A DNA stretch of 63,994 nucleotides, counting the filler, from Reticulomyxa filosa (taxonomy: Eukaryota > Protista > Foraminifera): the NCBI GenBank assembly GCA_000512085.1. It is 22 parts of 22 records of this genome, joined end to end, with 100 filler letters (N's around TTAATTAATTAA, not from the genome) between each part and the next. Parts side by side here need not be neighbours in the genome. Positions count along the whole stretch, not along the records: positions 61,684 to 63,994 come from ASPP01007993.1; 21 more parts are not named here. The stretch is one strand, 5' to 3'. Of this stretch, positions 62,086 to 63,994 are shown piece after piece (position 1 is the first letter of the stretch; each line of letters begins with the position of its first letter). The notes under the pieces were generated by a model. The model made no database searches and was not told the origin of the DNA. It saw only the letters and a program-made list of their open reading frames with translations. The translations under genes and the position numbers were made by a program.

Positions 62086-63165
62086 TTCAAAAAAAAACTA
62101 GGTTTTCCTGTTTTTGAAAAAAGAACGTGCTCACAGAACTTGTTTGAAAACACAGAGACAAGAGTTCTAACGTTTTATTTGGAGTGATGCAACAATTAAT
62201 CTGAAGATATAAAAGGAAAAAAATTAATTATTATTATACTGAAAACTATGGCTAATTCGTGAAATGATTGGACGAATAAAACTAAAATATGAGAAAATGA
62301 GTAATATCAACTATTGTGACAGCTTATGAAAAGAAAATTGGGTGACAAATCAGCAAATTTATCATCTTGTGATACCTTTTTTGAAAAAATAAAAAGCATG
62401 GATGATATGTTGTGAGCCAAAAACAGAAAAACGTCTGATAATTCATTTGACTAGCTTACATATAACAATATTTTCCGCAAGAATTAAACTAATTTAATAT
62501 AATTGTTGTCAATTTGTATAAAATGTATTTAAGTTATGACAAAACTAGAAATAAATGAACTTGTAATAGTTTAAAAATTTAAAACTTTTAAAAAAAGAAG
62601 TGGAACACATGTAAAATGAAAACAGTATACATATTTAATCTTTTTATTTATATTTTTCATTATCATGATTATGAAACAAAAAAGTGAGTGTACAAATTTA
62701 ATGCACTTGGCTTGTGCAACATTTGATTTAATTTATATTTAATAAATTAAATTTAAAAATTAATTATGTGTCCTAATTTAATCACATGTAACACACTTTT
62801 TATAATTTTTTTTTAAAATGTATTATTTACAGTTAAAAAAACTTGTTAGTTTTGCTTACGAAATTTATGTCAAAAATTGATTTTTTTGTCAAATCAACAA
62901 GTTTCTGTTATAGTTAAGAAAACAATAAAAATTATTGACAAAACAAAATATTATTACTTTTAATTTTCTTTACGTAGATAGCAAAAAATTAAAACATCAA
63001 TATGTGAAATTTATGGAAATTCACTTTTATTAGTTAAATATCAAGACGACACATGTTCATCTGCTTGTTTTAGACAGGAACAAAAAAAAAGGGGTAAAAA
63101 ATACGTTAACTTAATATCTCTAAATTTCGCTTTTATTTCGTATAGATTTGTGAAACAAAACAATA

Positions 63166-63957
63166 ATGTCAAATTTGGAGACAAATGACAATAATGGCAA
63201 TAATGGAGCTGATGATACCGGCGGCTGGGCGTTGGCTTTGCATCACTGCCCTCATGTTACTGTCGGAGTGCGCACACCATCAAACGCGAGATGACGCAGA
63301 CTTTTCCAAAACTAAGTAAACCAGTCACGACTGTGTATTCCTCTCTCTTCCTCTCCTACAATTTTCGTGTGTGGAACAAGCTGTAGGATAATGTGATAAT
63401 AACAAAAAAAAAAAGATGACAGTTCATTAACATGCAGTGTAGGTGAATGTGATTGCACTGAGAATTGGTTGTGTATGAACTGTCACTCTCTCCTTTGTGG
63501 TCGTTATGGCAAGCAACATATGCTTCAACACTACGAAGATAATCCCGACCATTGTGTTGCCTTGGGAGTTGGTAAGTGATTTTGGTACATTTGCCAAGCA
63601 AATTGAACAAAAGCTTTTTTTTTTTTTTTTTTTTTAATAAAAAAATTTTTTAAACACGTGAACATGCACGCATGCAGATATTTCATTCCAACTGTGTGAA
63701 ACATTGTCTTCGTAAACAAAAACTTTAAAAAAAGGTGATCTGTCGTTTTGGTGTTACAAGTGTGACTCGTATTTGCATCATTTTGTCGATCCGCGAGTTG
63801 TACGAGTTTTATGAAATAGCCCATCAGATGAAGTTTGGGTATGGCGTTCCTGCCGATTTGTCGAAGCAGTGCAAATTCCAAGAACATGACTTGTTCATGA
63901 AATATTTGGATGGAGACACAACCAAGCCGGAGCAGACTGAAAATGCTAAAGACAAAG
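63166..63957 (+). CDS. HDAC6-type UBP (BUZ) zinc-finger protein, N-terminal exons, 3'-truncated (absent from the ORF track)
   Basis: GWALALHHCPHV...|ECDCTENWLCMNCHSLLCGRYGKQHMLQHY...HCVALGV|GDLSFWCYKCDSYLHH...AHQMKFG; two apparent 1-nt indels. Confidence 0.85.
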
Positions 63958-63994
63958 GTTATAGAGAAAGGACTAGTTGCAAAAAAAAAAAAAA

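Overview
This window is not one locus. It is 22 short contigs joined by an artificial 100-nt linker (44 N + TTAATTAATTAA + 44 N). 21 contigs are AT-rich, intron-containing protist DNA, most likely the foraminiferan Reticulomyxa filosa; I infer this from recalled lineage-expanded WD40, kelch-like and PUB-domain families, not from a search. One contig (9175-10998) is alphaproteobacterial (gapR/DUF2312 plus an AI-2E transporter) and points to a Rickettsiales/Holosporales-like symbiont or contaminant. Recognisable host genes, mostly partial: MTR4 helicase, EDR2-C/DUF1336 protein, ADCY10-like soluble adenylyl cyclase, DGK1/phytol-kinase-family protein, WD40 proteins (one with an AT-hook), ShKT+IPT protein, GPI-anchored surface protein, CUE-PUB protein, GT11-like fucosyltransferase, TLC protein, START protein (possibly VPS9-START), eIF2-alpha kinase, a CAMK-like kinase, ornithine cyclodeaminase/mu-crystallin and an HDAC6-type UBP zinc-finger protein. 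Two structural signals stand out. First, an HSP90 pseudogene and two LINE relics are each eroded by internal deletions and have their 3' part inverted. Second, many introns carry T-tracts near the donor and A-tracts directly before the acceptor AG, the reverse of the usual polypyrimidine tract. There is also a ~257-bp foldback element and a dispersed repeat family. No CRISPR array, rRNA or tRNA was seen.
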